From the NCBI GenBank assembly GCA_048886685.1, contig JBHLKM010000016.1:32001-96000 (forward strand): 64,000 nt of DNA, in the 5' to 3' direction. The DNA comes from Candidatus Hodarchaeota archaeon (GTDB lineage: Archaea > Asgardarchaeota > Lokiarchaeia > Sigyniarchaeales > SOKP01). The notes beneath the pieces are model-generated. The model saw nothing but the letters and a program-made list of their open reading frames with translations, made no database searches and was not told the DNA's origin. Below are positions 1-10,956 of this stretch, in pieces (position 1 is the first letter of the stretch; each line of letters begins with the position of its first letter). The translations under genes were made by a program, and so were the position numbers.

Positions 1-827
1 GGTTTATTTACTACTAAATGTACAGGAGCTGTTGTTCCCAAACTAATTCCGATGTTGTTTTGCTCAATTGCACCCATCCCTAATAAATTTGCTTGAGTAT
101 CTCCACATCCTTTTACAACAGGAATCTCTTTTTGGTTTAATCCGAATTCTTTCATTAAATCAGATTTTAAGTCGCCGATTATTGTTCCTGGATCAATGAT
201 TTTAGGAAGAATTTCTGAATTAATGTTAAAAGCTTCAATGATTTCCTTACTCCATTTTTTTTTTTTAACATCAAAGAGTTGAGACTCCCCAATAGAAGTG
301 TAATCAGTATAGAACATTCCGGTAAGTCTATAGCCAATCCAATCATCTAACATTAATATTTTGTTTATATTATTATATTGGTCTTCTTGCTCTTCCTGAA
401 ACCATAATAAACGAGCTAATGTAAACATTAAAGAAGGACTATGTGCAGTTATATTGAATAGCTTTTCTTCTGTAAATTTATCTTCAATAAGATAAGCTGA
501 GTCGATACCCCTCATGTCAGTGTTAGGCCCACCATATATCTCATTACCCTTACTATCTAAAAAAACCGTTGCTATTCTTTGACCACATGAAGATATACCA
601 ATAATTTTTTCAGGCTTATTCTCTTTTAATACATTCTTTATGCAAATTTTAATTTTATTCCATATTTCATCCATGTTTAATTTCTTTACAAAACCATGAA
701 TATCTTCATCAATGATTTTATATTCTTGAGTTGAAACAGATTCCAGTTCTAATTTATCGGAAATAATACCAACTTTAACTATTTTTGAAGATATATCAAT
801 CGATATTATTTTATCTGGATTTGCCAT
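1..827 (-). CDS. FGGY-family carbohydrate kinase, 5' part (runs off window start)
   Basis: Not in the ORF track. Manual translation from ATG at 827 gives MANPDKIISIDISSKIVKVGII...IIGISSCGQRIATVFLD...GPNTDMRG, which matches FGGY N-terminal motifs. Confidence 0.8.
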   Translation of the reverse strand, partial: MANPDKIISIDISSKIVKVGIISDKLELESVSTQEYKIIDEDIHGFVKKLNMDEIWNKIKICIKNVLKENKPEKIIGISSCGQRIATVFLDSKGNEIYGGPNTDMRGIDSAYLIEDKFTEEKLFNITAHSPSLMFTLARLLWFQEEQEDQYNNINKILMLDDWIGYRLTGMFYTDYTSIGESQLFDVKKKKWSKEIIEAFNINSEILPKIIDPGTIIGDLKSDLMKEFGLNQKEIPVVKGCGDTQANLLGMGAIEQNNIGISLGTTAPVHLVVNK

Positions 828-896
828 TTCTTACTATCTCAAAATGTTTCAAATTTTTGAATAAAAATGCTAATGATAAACAAATAAAGATATATT

Positions 897-1529
897 CTAT
901 GTGAGATACTTTCGAGAGATTTCTCCTCTAGGCGATTCTTCTTCGAATAATATGGCTTGAAAAGAATAAATTTTGGTGTCTAAATCTTTCCAAGCGTCTG
1001 CTGGGAGCATAGATTTTTGACAAGTATGATTGAGAAAAGTTTCTACATCCCAATTCCTATCATGATCTATAGGAACTTGAGGAAGAAGTAATCCCCTTCG
1101 CCACCCTTTTTCTGCAATAAGTCCATCTCTTCCGATTACGATTTTATCAAGATATTCTTTGGGATCATTGACGATAATTAATTCTGGGGGTGTCAATATT
1201 GATAATTCGATAACAATTTCATCCATTTCTTCAAGAGTTACAGAAGGGAATCTAGGATCTTCAATAGCGGAGCTGATTGAGACTTTATGGATAACGTCAT
1301 AAAGAGAATATTTAGGTTCAATATAACCGATGCAACCTCTTAATGGATTACCCCATACTTCATATCTATTTAAGGTAACAAAAGCCCCATACTTATCATT
1401 GAACTTTTCTTTTATATATTCGGGAATAGGCTTTGCTCTATCGTTTTCTAGAAAAAATTCAATGTTGTCTCGAGCAAATTCAACTAGCAATTGACCATCT
1501 TTTAGACTAAATTTCTCTTCATAAGACAT
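897..1529 (-). CDS. AMMECR1-domain protein (AmmeMemoRadiSam protein A)
   Basis: GAFVTL, LRGCIG, DPRF, ELSIL, GRDGL and GLLLPQV motifs. Confidence 0.93.
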   Translation of the reverse strand: MSYEEKFSLKDGQLLVEFARDNIEFFLENDRAKPIPEYIKEKFNDKYGAFVTLNRYEVWGNPLRGCIGYIEPKYSLYDVIHKVSISSAIEDPRFPSVTLEEMDEIVIELSILTPPELIIVNDPKEYLDKIVIGRDGLIAEKGWRRGLLLPQVPIDHDRNWDVETFLNHTCQKSMLPADAWKDLDTKIYSFQAILFEEESPRGEISRKYLT

Positions 1530-1582
1530 AATCTGATTCCTATAATCGATTTGAGTTATGTATTATTATATTGCTTAGACAT

Positions 1583-2983
1583 TTATACTTTATAACTCGC
1601 TTTTAAAATTTTTCCATTTGAAGTACTTTTTTCATTATTTATTTCATTTCCACTTAAAAATACTTTCCAAATCTGAACAGTTGAATTACAATTTTCAAAT
1701 GGGGAGTATTTTGCTTTTGTTTTAAAGTTTTGAGATCTAATTGGAAATTTAGGGATCTTATCAATTATCGTTAAATCAGCATCATACCCGTCTTTAATAA
1801 AGCCTTTATTTTTTAAATTGAAAGTTTTAGCGGGATTTTCAGAAGAAATTTTAACGAAATTTTCTAATGAAAGGTTGAAATTAAAGATTTTATTTATTAT
1901 CATTAATGGGTAAGTCTCAAAACCAGGGAATCCAGAGGGGGCATCGAAATAATCTTGAGATTTTTCTTTTAAAGTATGAGGTGCGTGATCGGTTCCAATT
2001 AAAGATACATTACCTTTCTTAAGTTCATTAAATAAAAATTGACTATGTTCAGAACTTCTTAAAGGAGGTAATACCTTGCCATGATTTTTTTCATTTAACA
2101 TAATTTCATTCGACAGAAGTAGATGATGAGGAGTAATTTCAAAAGAAATTTTTAAGCTGTGTTCTGATTTTAATGCCTTTTGTATCGCCTTATAGCCTTG
2201 AATGCAGCTTACATGGCAAAAATGGACAATTGGATAATTATCTGGGGTTAATTTATTAATGGTGATATGTTTTTTATAATTTTCAATTATAAATTCAATG
2301 TATTTTTCTTCCATTTCGACCGGATTTAATTTATCGTGTAATTCTAAAGTATTAAATTTCTGGATTTTGAATCCATTAAGAATTTGTTCTTTTTCTTTAT
2401 CAGAGATTGAAAAACCAGCATGAATAAATAAGGGAATTTGGTATATAGAAGAGATAGTAAGAATTTTCTGAATATTATCGGTATTATTCCAATTTATATT
2501 GCTTAAGGGATTAAGTGGGTAAATTTTGAATCCAATTACTCCTAAGTTAATAATTTTTTTTATTTCGTTCTCGTCAATTTCTTTTGGAATCCCTGCTATA
2601 AATCCAACATCCACGTTAATACTAGATTGTGCTTTTTCCATCCAGCTCTTTACTTGATCTTCTGAAATTGCGGGAGGTTTTGTATTTGGCATATTAAATA
2701 CAGTTGTTATCCCAGAATAAGCAGCTGCTTTTGTTCCGGTAAAAAAGGTTTCTTTCTCACTTTGTTCCATATCACGCAGATGAGAATGAATATCAATTAT
2801 TCCTGGTAAAACTAATTTATTTTGACAATCTAATACCTTGTTATCCTCGTTCATTTCTAATAATCTTTTAAAATCATTCTCCTCAGGTTCATATTTAACT
2901 TCTACAATAATACCATTTTTGATAAGGATAGCTCCTTCATGTACTAAACCTTCAGAAAAGATTTTCGCGTTTTTTAGAATCAT
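1583..2983 (-). CDS. pyrC: Dihydroorotase-family amidohydrolase
   Basis: PGIIDIHSHLR, MPNTKP, CHVS, EITPHHL, PPLR and GTDHAPH motifs. Confidence 0.85.
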   Translation of the reverse strand: MILKNAKIFSEGLVHEGAILIKNGIIVEVKYEPEENDFKRLLEMNEDNKVLDCQNKLVLPGIIDIHSHLRDMEQSEKETFFTGTKAAAYSGITTVFNMPNTKPPAISEDQVKSWMEKAQSSINVDVGFIAGIPKEIDENEIKKIINLGVIGFKIYPLNPLSNINWNNTDNIQKILTISSIYQIPLFIHAGFSISDKEKEQILNGFKIQKFNTLELHDKLNPVEMEEKYIEFIIENYKKHITINKLTPDNYPIVHFCHVSCIQGYKAIQKALKSEHSLKISFEITPHHLLLSNEIMLNEKNHGKVLPPLRSSEHSQFLFNELKKGNVSLIGTDHAPHTLKEKSQDYFDAPSGFPGFETYPLMIINKIFNFNLSLENFVKISSENPAKTFNLKNKGFIKDGYDADLTIIDKIPKFPIRSQNFKTKAKYSPFENCNSTVQIWKVFLSGNEINNEKSTSNGKILKASYKV

Positions 2984-2997
2984 AAATCTATTTACTT

Positions 2998-3627
2998 TTA
3001 TAGAGTCTCTTGATGATCTTTTTGAAAATTAATATATAAAATTTTATTTTCTATTGGTTTAATTTTAGAAAGAGATAAAAAATTTATATTTTTCATTTGT
3101 CTAAACATATGGATAAGATCAGATTTTTCAGTAGAACTAGTAAAAGTTGGAATTACATAGAAATCTGATTCTTTAATAACTACCAGATCCTCTTTTATAG
3201 GTTCAATATCATCTACTATGAGATGAACATTTCCTTCTATGATAGATTTAAAATAGTGAATAAATGAAGAATCCCCCAAAAACCTTCTAACATAAATGCC
3301 TGGTGTAGATTTCATTGTATTTGTTTCTTTTGAATCATCTCTTCCCCTCATAAGAGATAAAGCTTTTAGAAGAAGTAAAGCTTGAGATCTTTCATCAGGA
3401 CCTAAATATCTTAATTTATTTCCTAGAAAACTTATAAGAAAATGCGCATCTTGGAAATACACATGCAAGTTATTATTTTTTCGAAAGGAATAAGATAGAC
3501 AAAAAGTTTCTCTTATACATGAGCACAACTCATAAACTTTTTGAGGAGTAAGGCCTTTATCAATATCTTTTTTTGTATAATAAATGATTTTTTCAAAGAG
3601 TAATAAGAAATTTACCAATCTAATCAA
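2998..3627 (-). CDS. TrmY-like (tRNA pseudouridine-54 N1-methyltransferase family) SPOUT protein, divergent C-terminus
   Basis: LCSCIRETFCLS, LRYLGPDERS and STPGIYV resemble TrmY. The GDH knot motif is not recognisable. Confidence 0.6.
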   Translation of the reverse strand: MIRLVNFLLLFEKIIYYTKKDIDKGLTPQKVYELCSCIRETFCLSYSFRKNNNLHVYFQDAHFLISFLGNKLRYLGPDERSQALLLLKALSLMRGRDDSKETNTMKSTPGIYVRRFLGDSSFIHYFKSIIEGNVHLIVDDIEPIKEDLVVIKESDFYVIPTFTSSTEKSDLIHMFRQMKNINFLSLSKIKPIENKILYINFQKDHQETL

Positions 3628-3652
3628 ACATAATATAAGTAAAATCTAAATT

Positions 3653-5026
3653 CTAAAATTTACCCAACTTCTTCATGAAGTCAGCACCTGCTTTCCCTCC
3701 AGGTAAACCTGGCATTCCCGGAAAACCCTTACCTTTTTTCTGCATTTGGAGGAATTTCTTCATGAATCGCTTCATCTGGCTATACTGGTCAAGCATTTTG
3801 TTTATTACTGAATAGTCTGTGCCCGAACCAATTGCAATCCGTCTTTTTCTTGTTTTTTTAATGATTTTCGGTTCCATTTTTTCTTCATGTGTCATAGAGT
3901 CTAAAACTATTCTCCATCTTTCGAGATTTCTCTCAGCATCATCTTTTAAAGCATCAGGTATGTTTCCTCCACCCATCATAGATAATATTTGTTGGAATTT
4001 TCCTACTTTTTTAATTGAAGCAAGCTGCTGATAAAGGTCCTCAAGCGTAAATCGTCCATGAATCATACGTTTAATGGTTTCTTCATCTGGGGTAATTTCA
4101 GCTTCTTCAACTTTTTGGACTAATGATTCAATATCGGGTACACCAAGTAGAGTTCCTACGAATTTAGATGGTTCAAATTCTTCAAGATCATCAATTTTTT
4201 CTCCAACACCTATGAAACGAATCCCCGCATTCGTAGCGGCACATGCGGATAAAGCACCACCGCCTTTAGCAGTTCCATCTAATTTTGTAACAATAATACT
4301 CCCGAGACTTGTAGTATTATCGAATTCAGTTGCTTGGTTGAATGCTTGTTGGCCTAAGGTTCCATCAACAACCAAAATTACTTCATTCGGCTTCAATTTT
4401 TGTTCAAGGATTGCCATTTCTTTCATTAATTCTTTTTCTTCTTTATGTCTTCCTGCTGTGTCTGCGATAATTAAATCATTTCCATCATTTATTGCTTTTT
4501 TAGTCTCTTGAATCGCAATTTTAATAGCATTTTTTTCATTTGGATTTCCATAGCACTTTACTCCAATTTGTTCAGTGAGTTGAACTAGCTGTTCGTAAGC
4601 ACCAGGTCGCCAAGTATCAGTTGTTAAAGCAGCTACTTTATATCCTTTGCTTTTGTAATATTTAGCTAATTTACCGATTGTAGTTGTTTTACCAGAACCT
4701 TGAATTCCAACAAGTAAAATCACATTCTTTTTTCCAGGCTTGATTCGAATTGGGGTTGGTTTTCCACCTAATAAGTTGATAAGCTCATCATGAACTAATT
4801 TTATTACAAAATCTTTCCGTTTTGCCTTCTGTAGCTTTGTGTTCATGGCTTCTTTTTTGATATTTTCTGTCATCTGGAAAACTAACTCAACTTTTACATC
4901 AGCACTCAAGAGACTTCGTTGAAGATCTTGAATAAGTGCACTTATTGCGTCCTTATCCACTATTGGAAGTCGTCTAATTCTACGGATCGCACTGTCTAAT
5001 TGTCTTCCAAGTTTTTCTAAGACCAT
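3653..5026 (-). CDS. srp54: Signal recognition particle protein SRP54
   Basis: GIQGSGKTT, DTAGRH, TKLDGTAKGGGALS and a Met-rich M domain. Confidence 0.97.
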   Translation of the reverse strand: MVLEKLGRQLDSAIRRIRRLPIVDKDAISALIQDLQRSLLSADVKVELVFQMTENIKKEAMNTKLQKAKRKDFVIKLVHDELINLLGGKPTPIRIKPGKKNVILLVGIQGSGKTTTIGKLAKYYKSKGYKVAALTTDTWRPGAYEQLVQLTEQIGVKCYGNPNEKNAIKIAIQETKKAINDGNDLIIADTAGRHKEEKELMKEMAILEQKLKPNEVILVVDGTLGQQAFNQATEFDNTTSLGSIIVTKLDGTAKGGGALSACAATNAGIRFIGVGEKIDDLEEFEPSKFVGTLLGVPDIESLVQKVEEAEITPDEETIKRMIHGRFTLEDLYQQLASIKKVGKFQQILSMMGGGNIPDALKDDAERNLERWRIVLDSMTHEEKMEPKIIKKTRKRRIAIGSGTDYSVINKMLDQYSQMKRFMKKFLQMQKKGKGFPGMPGLPGGKAGADFMKKLGKF

Positions 5027-5178
5027 TAAAACTTTGCTCTAATTTTTTGTAATGTATTTGGAATAGTTCTCAAAAACTAATATTTTTTTTTGAAAAAATA
5101 TAATATATCATAAAAGAAATGTCAAAATTAATTAAAAATATTTTGAATAAGAACAAACAAACTAAGGTGGTAATGTAA

Positions 5179-5607
5179 TTGTCTATTAGAAGAACAGAGA
5201 TACAAAAATTAAAATCTGGGCATTATATAATGATCGACGAGGAACCCTGTATTATTAAGTCAACAGAGAGAAGTAAAAGCGGGAAACATGGTCATGCTAA
5301 AGTTAGGGTCGTTTGTGTAGGTCTTTTCGATAATAATAAACGTTCATTAACCTTTCCAAGTGGTTCAATGGTTGATATTCCCGAGATTGTTAAGGGAAAC
5401 GCCCAAATCAATTTCATAGAAGATGCTTCGATCAATATTATGGATTTAGAATCTTATGAGTCTTTCGATGTTGATTGGCCGAAAGAAGAAGACTTATCAA
5501 AGAAATTGAAAGAACTCCAGGCAAATCCTGATAAGATATCAACAGCTCAAGTGGATTATTGGCAATTAGCTGGAAAAACTCTAATTAACAGAGTTTTTAC
5601 TAACTAG
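5179..5607 (+). CDS. eif5a: Translation factor aIF5A
   Basis: Hypusine motif SKSGKHGHAKVR. TTG start with upstream AGGTGG. Confidence 0.96.
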   Translation: MSIRRTEIQKLKSGHYIMIDEEPCIIKSTERSKSGKHGHAKVRVVCVGLFDNNKRSLTFPSGSMVDIPEIVKGNAQINFIEDASINIMDLESYESFDVDWPKEEDLSKKLKELQANPDKISTAQVDYWQLAGKTLINRVFTN

Positions 5608-5711
5608 ACAAACTAAATATATATTGTATTAATATTATTTTGAAAAAAAATATTTATTTTTTTGATAGTTATATGAAAAGTTAAGATTTAATTAAGGAAA
5701 GGCGCGGAATC

Positions 5712-6608
5712 ATGGAGAAAAAACCTATTGCTATTGCTTGTAGGCTAGATTCAGAAAGAGCAATCAAATTAGCCAAGAGAATTTTTGAATTTTTGGTAAA
5801 AAAAGGGGAAGTCATCTATTTAGAAACTAGAATTGCTCCGAAAATTTTTCTACATAATGGCATGGATTTAGCGGAGATGAGTGCTGATAATATTAAGTTC
5901 ATAATTACAATAGGTGGGGATGGATCAATTTTACGAGTTGCTAGTGGTTTATCACAAAAGGATCCTCCTCCTATTTTAGGCGTAAATGTGGGCTCTATAG
6001 GATTTTTAGATGAGTCCAATGAACGAACAATCTTTAAAGATCTAATACAAGCATTAAACGGTGATTTTGAATATGAAGTATGTTCAAAAATTACTCCTTA
6101 TATAGTTAAAGACTCTGAAGAAATCAGGTTGAATAATGCTTTGAATGAGATTTTAATAGTGTCTTCAAAGAGTTCTAAAGTACTCCAAGTATCGATAAGA
6201 ATTAATGGTATTTTCCTAAATCGTAGCTATTTAGATGGTGTAATAATCTCTACATCAACAGGATCCACTGCTTATAATTTAAGTGCTGGAGGTGCAATCG
6301 TTAATCCAAATATGGATATTATGCAAATAACACCGTTAAATAGTTTTGCTGGGTCAGGATTAAAGCCAATTATACTCCCAATTGATTCTCTAATTGAAAT
6401 TCAGCTCCTAAGACCCCGATTAGATGCAAAGATAGTTATAGATGGCCAAAGAACTATTAAAAAAATAGCTCCTAATACCAGAATCAGAATTCGTAAGGCA
6501 AATTCTCATAATAAATTCATTCGGTTTAGTAAAAGTTATTATACACGTTTAAGGAAGAAAATTCTTTCTACAGTAAGAACACCTATTGATGATTCACCAG
6601 AAGAATAG
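5712..6608 (+). CDS. nadK: NAD kinase
   Basis: GGDGS, GSIGFL, LNE and STSTGSTAYNLSAGG motifs. Confidence 0.95.
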   Translation: MEKKPIAIACRLDSERAIKLAKRIFEFLVKKGEVIYLETRIAPKIFLHNGMDLAEMSADNIKFIITIGGDGSILRVASGLSQKDPPPILGVNVGSIGFLDESNERTIFKDLIQALNGDFEYEVCSKITPYIVKDSEEIRLNNALNEILIVSSKSSKVLQVSIRINGIFLNRSYLDGVIISTSTGSTAYNLSAGGAIVNPNMDIMQITPLNSFAGSGLKPIILPIDSLIEIQLLRPRLDAKIVIDGQRTIKKIAPNTRIRIRKANSHNKFIRFSKSYYTRLRKKILSTVRTPIDDSPEE

Positions 6609-6612
6609 CATT

Positions 6613-7149
6613 ATGAATGAAAAATCACCGATTTATATTTTTGATACTAATATTTTCCTCACTGGTATTGATTTTAATTTGATTGAGGGAAAAATCTACA
6701 CAACCCCAAAAATAATCGATGAAATTACAGTAAGAAAATATAAGGATAAAAATAGAAATATTTTAAATAAAATAGACGCTGCAATCAACAGTAAAAAATT
6801 AATTCTAACTATACCCTCAGAAGAATTTATTTATAGAGTAGAACAAAAATCCAAATCTACAGGGGATTATAAAGCATTATCAAAGGCAGACACAGAATTA
6901 ATAGCATTATCCTTAGAGTTATTAGAAAACCAAAATGAGAACGTTAAAATGTATTCCAATGATTATTCAATTGAGAATATATGTTCTGAACTAAGTATCC
7001 CTTTCTCTCCCTTACATAAGGAGGGTATTAAATCAAAAATCGTTTGGGAAGTATATTGTCCTTTTTGCAAAAGCATACATAAAGCTGAAGATTTAAATAA
7101 AATATGCGAAAAATGTGGATCCAAATTAAAAAGAAGACCTAAAACCTAA
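6613..7149 (+). CDS. nob1: Nob1-like PIN endonuclease with C-terminal Zn ribbon
   Basis: IFDTN, LSKADTELIAL, SNDYSIEN and CPFC...CEKCG. The ATG at 6613 is preferred over the overlapping 6586 start. Confidence 0.9.
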   Translation: MNEKSPIYIFDTNIFLTGIDFNLIEGKIYTTPKIIDEITVRKYKDKNRNILNKIDAAINSKKLILTIPSEEFIYRVEQKSKSTGDYKALSKADTELIALSLELLENQNENVKMYSNDYSIENICSELSIPFSPLHKEGIKSKIVWEVYCPFCKSIHKAEDLNKICEKCGSKLKRRPKT

Positions 7150-7233
7150 AAGTAATATAATATATTAGTGGTAATTATATAAATTGTATCATATATTAAT
7201 ATCGAAGGTGTATAAAAAGGATAACTTGCAAAA

Positions 7234-8286
7234 ATGGGCGTTAAAATAAATGAATTAGTAAATGAAGTCAAACGAACGATAACATTTGAAAATCTTTTTA
7301 AAAAAAATATAGCAATCGACGCATTTAATACAATTTATCAATTTTTGGCTATAATTCGGCAACGAGATGGGACTCCATTAAAAGATTTTCAGGGAAAGAC
7401 AACTTCACATTTATCTGGATTGTTTTATAGGAGTATTAACTTTTTAGAGCATAATATAAGACCAATTTACGTTTTTGATGGTATTCCTTCTGAATTAAAA
7501 CTTGATACAATAAAAACGCGGAAAAAAGTTAAGGAAGAAGCTCAACAAAAGATGATTGAAGCTCAAGATGCAGAAGATTTTAAAGAAGCTAAAAAATTTG
7601 CCCAATTTACTTCAAAACTTGATGAGGATATGGTAGAAGAAAGTAAGAAATTAATTGAATCCATGGGCATCCCGATAATTCAAGCTACTTCTGAAGGAGA
7701 GGCTCAAGCTGCTTATATGGTTGAAGTTGGAGACGCTTGGGCATGTGCTTCTCAAGATTATGATGCCCTATTATTTGGCGGAGAACGTTTAGTTCGTAAT
7801 TTTGCGATTAGTCGGAGTAGGAAAGTAAAAGATACGACAGTAACTTTAGATATAGAGTATGTTTCGTTATCAAAATTCTTAAAAAATTTAGGAATTACTC
7901 GAGAACAGCTAGTTGAAATGGGTATCTTAATAGGGACCGATTTTTTTCCTGGAATTAAAGGTATTGGTCAGAAAACCGCCCTGGATTTAATTAAAAAACA
8001 CGATTCTATAGAAAATATCTTAAAAAACAATGTTAAGGTTGGAAATAAAGATATTCTATTGGATCTAGAACTAGTAGAGCACATTAAAAATATATTTCTA
8101 AATCCTGACGTTAATAATAATTATAATACACCAAAACCCAAGAAGATCGACTTTGAAAAGATAGAAGAATTATTAATTGAGCAGCATAATTTTTCTAAAC
8201 AAAGAGTTGAAAATGCTTTAGAAAGATTAAGAAAATTGGATTCTAAGAAAACTCAAGTTTCATTAGACGATTTTCTTAAGATTTAA
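7234..8286 (+). CDS. fen1: Flap endonuclease 1
   Basis: MGV start, YQFLAIIRQRDG, EGEAQAA, SQDYD and C-terminal PIP box QVSLDDF. Confidence 0.97.
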   Translation: MGVKINELVNEVKRTITFENLFKKNIAIDAFNTIYQFLAIIRQRDGTPLKDFQGKTTSHLSGLFYRSINFLEHNIRPIYVFDGIPSELKLDTIKTRKKVKEEAQQKMIEAQDAEDFKEAKKFAQFTSKLDEDMVEESKKLIESMGIPIIQATSEGEAQAAYMVEVGDAWACASQDYDALLFGGERLVRNFAISRSRKVKDTTVTLDIEYVSLSKFLKNLGITREQLVEMGILIGTDFFPGIKGIGQKTALDLIKKHDSIENILKNNVKVGNKDILLDLELVEHIKNIFLNPDVNNNYNTPKPKKIDFEKIEELLIEQHNFSKQRVENALERLRKLDSKKTQVSLDDFLKI

Positions 8287-8367
8287 ATGTTTAACGAAAA
8301 GGAAAAACTTTTACAAAATTAATAATTTGTATAATTTAGTATAATATTTTCTTAGAAATGAAAAATC

Positions 8368-10611
8368 ATGTCGTCTAATGACAATAATAATGAAGGAGAC
8401 AAACCAAAGAGTGGAAGTAATACTCCAAGTGTAGTGTTACGAGTACAGAAAGCTAAAAAGAGAGATATAAATAAGTCGATTATAAGAATTGATCAAAAAA
8501 CAATGGAAAAATTAAACATTCAAACTGGCGATGTTATTGAGGTTGTTGGTAAGAAGCAAAGCGCTGGAATTGCGTGGCCAAGTTATCCTCAAGATAATGG
8601 TTTGGGTATTGTACGTATTGATTCCAGATTACAGAAGAATACAGGAACCCGGATTGATGATACACTGGAAATTCGCAAAGTGAAGGCCGAAGCTGCCCAA
8701 AATATAGTTTTAGCACCATCTAATGTTAAATTTAGGAAAAATCCTCTTTTCGAGAGTTTTGTGAAAAGAAAACTAAATAATTATCCAGTTACACTCGATG
8801 ATTATATTTTCATATCCATAGGAATTAGCAGAGAAATTACTTTTAAAGTTATTAGTATGAGACCTAATGATGTTTGTATAATAAAACAAGACACAGTACT
8901 GAATATAAGCGAAAAAATTACTGAAGATGTTGAAGCTGGTGTTGGTTATATAACGTATGAGGATGTTGGTGGATTAGATAGAGAAATCCAGCGAGTACGA
9001 GAAATGGTTGAATTACCTTTACGACATCCCTCTTTATTTAAACGATTGGGGATTGATCCCCCAAAAGGAGTATTATTAAGAGGACCACCCGGTTGTGGGA
9101 AGACTCTATTAGCTAGGGCAGTTGCTAATGAAAGTGAAGCACATTTCATATCTATTAATGGTCCAGAAGTTATGAGTAAATTTTATGGAGAATCTGAGAA
9201 AAAATTACGTAAAATCTTTATTGAAGCAGAAGAAAAAAGTCCATCAATTATCTTTATTGATGAAATTGATGCAATTGCTCCAAAGAGAGAAACAGTTACT
9301 GGTGAAGTAGAACGACGAGTTGTTGCTCAACTTTTAGCTCTAATGGATGGCCTACATGGTAGAGGAAAAGTAATTGTAATTGGTGCGACTAACAGACCAA
9401 ATAGTTTGGATCCGGCTTTGAGACGACCTGGTAGATTTGATCGTGAAATTGAAATAAAAGTGCCTAATGAAAAAGGAAGATTAGAAATATTCCAAATACA
9501 TACACGGAACATGCCTCTTGATAAGAAAATTTCATTAAATGAGTTTGCCCAAATAACTCATGGATTTGTTGGGGCAGACATTTCTGCTGTGTCTCGAGAA
9601 GCAGCTATGTCAGCTTTACGAAGATATTTACCTAAGATAGATCTAGAATCAGAAATAATAGATCCAGAATTATTAGAAGAAATCGAGGTTACTAAAAATG
9701 ATTTTGAAGAAGCTTTAAAAGAGGTCTTACCTTCTGGAATAAGGGAAGTATTTGTAGAAGTACCGAATGTTACATGGGATCAAGTAGGCGGCTTAGAAAA
9801 TTTGAAACAGAAGTTGGTCGAGGCAGTAGATTGGCCTCTATCGAATCCATCTATATTTAGTCGTATGGGAATAAGGCCTCCGAAGGGAATTTTACTGTAT
9901 GGTCCACCTGGTTGTGGGAAAACGCTATTGGCAAGAGCTGTGGCAACTGAGAGTAAAGCCAATTTTATTTCTATAAAAGGACCAGAACTTTTATCAAAAT
10001 GGGTTGGAGAAAGTGAGAAAGCTATAAGAGAAGTTTTTAGAAAAGCAAAGATGGCAGCACCTTGTATTGTCTTTTTTGACGAATTTGATTCAATAGCACC
10101 GAGCCGAGGTAGACATACTTCTGATTCTGGAGTATCAGAAAAAGTCCTTTCACAATTTTTAACAGAATTAGATGGATTAGAAGTGATGAAAGATATTGTT
10201 GTAATTGCTGCGACAAATCGACCTGATATTTTAGATCCTGCGTTGATTAGACCAGGAAGAATTGATCGAATATTATTAGTTCCTGCTCCAGAAAAAAATG
10301 CAAGACTTGAGATCTTAAAAATATTTACCCAAGAGATGCCCCTTGGCGCAAATATGAAAATCGAACAATTGATAGAAATGACTGAAGATTTTTCTGGAGC
10401 CGATATAGAGACGTGGTGTCGTGAAGCCGCTATGATTGCTCTTAGAGAGAATATCAGAGCAAGAAAAGTTACACTGGAACATTTTAAAGAAGCTAGAGAA
10501 GATATTCATCCTACTATAACAAAAGATCTTATAGAATGGTATGAAAAATTCGGTGAGAAATTGAAAAGTCGAAGAATTGAAGAATCAAAAGAAGATAGGT
10601 TGTTCGTATAA
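8368..10611 (+). CDS. cdc48: CDC48/VCP AAA+ ATPase
   Basis: N-domain plus two AAA modules (GPPGCGKT twice, DEID/DEFD, RPGRFDR/RPGRIDR). Confidence 0.96.
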   Translation: MSSNDNNNEGDKPKSGSNTPSVVLRVQKAKKRDINKSIIRIDQKTMEKLNIQTGDVIEVVGKKQSAGIAWPSYPQDNGLGIVRIDSRLQKNTGTRIDDTLEIRKVKAEAAQNIVLAPSNVKFRKNPLFESFVKRKLNNYPVTLDDYIFISIGISREITFKVISMRPNDVCIIKQDTVLNISEKITEDVEAGVGYITYEDVGGLDREIQRVREMVELPLRHPSLFKRLGIDPPKGVLLRGPPGCGKTLLARAVANESEAHFISINGPEVMSKFYGESEKKLRKIFIEAEEKSPSIIFIDEIDAIAPKRETVTGEVERRVVAQLLALMDGLHGRGKVIVIGATNRPNSLDPALRRPGRFDREIEIKVPNEKGRLEIFQIHTRNMPLDKKISLNEFAQITHGFVGADISAVSREAAMSALRRYLPKIDLESEIIDPELLEEIEVTKNDFEEALKEVLPSGIREVFVEVPNVTWDQVGGLENLKQKLVEAVDWPLSNPSIFSRMGIRPPKGILLYGPPGCGKTLLARAVATESKANFISIKGPELLSKWVGESEKAIREVFRKAKMAAPCIVFFDEFDSIAPSRGRHTSDSGVSEKVLSQFLTELDGLEVMKDIVVIAATNRPDILDPALIRPGRIDRILLVPAPEKNARLEILKIFTQEMPLGANMKIEQLIEMTEDFSGADIETWCREAAMIALRENIRARKVTLEHFKEAREDIHPTITKDLIEWYEKFGEKLKSRRIEESKEDRLFV

Positions 10612-10689
10612 ATTTCACAAAATTAATTAGAAAAGTATTATTATTATCTACATTACTCTATTTTTTATATATACTTTAGGTGGTTTAAT

Positions 10690-10956
10690 ATCGAACGTTG
10701 GAATCAAAAACCAATAGTAAATTCATTGATAGATATCCTTCTTAAAAATAAAGGGGAAATTTTGGATAAACGTCTCGAAGAACTTCTTAAGAAAGAATTT
10801 CCTTATATTAATTCCTTAATCTTAGAAGAGTTATTTATGAAATTGGAAAGTATGTCAATAATTAACGTATTTCGCGTCTCAAAGAATAAAAAAATGATAG
10901 TTTATAATAAACAAAACAGTGCGATAAGAGAAGGGCTATCTTCTGATTTACTTTAA
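10690..10956 (+). CDS. Small winged-helix-like protein downstream of cdc48 (probable ATC start)
   Basis: The track ORF starts at TTG 10726, but the frame is open back to ATC 10690, 6 nt after AGGTGG. The LFMKLESMSIINV pattern suggests a wHTH. Confidence 0.55.
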   Translation: MERWNQKPIVNSLIDILLKNKGEILDKRLEELLKKEFPYINSLILEELFMKLESMSIINVFRVSKNKKMIVYNKQNSAIREGLSSDLL

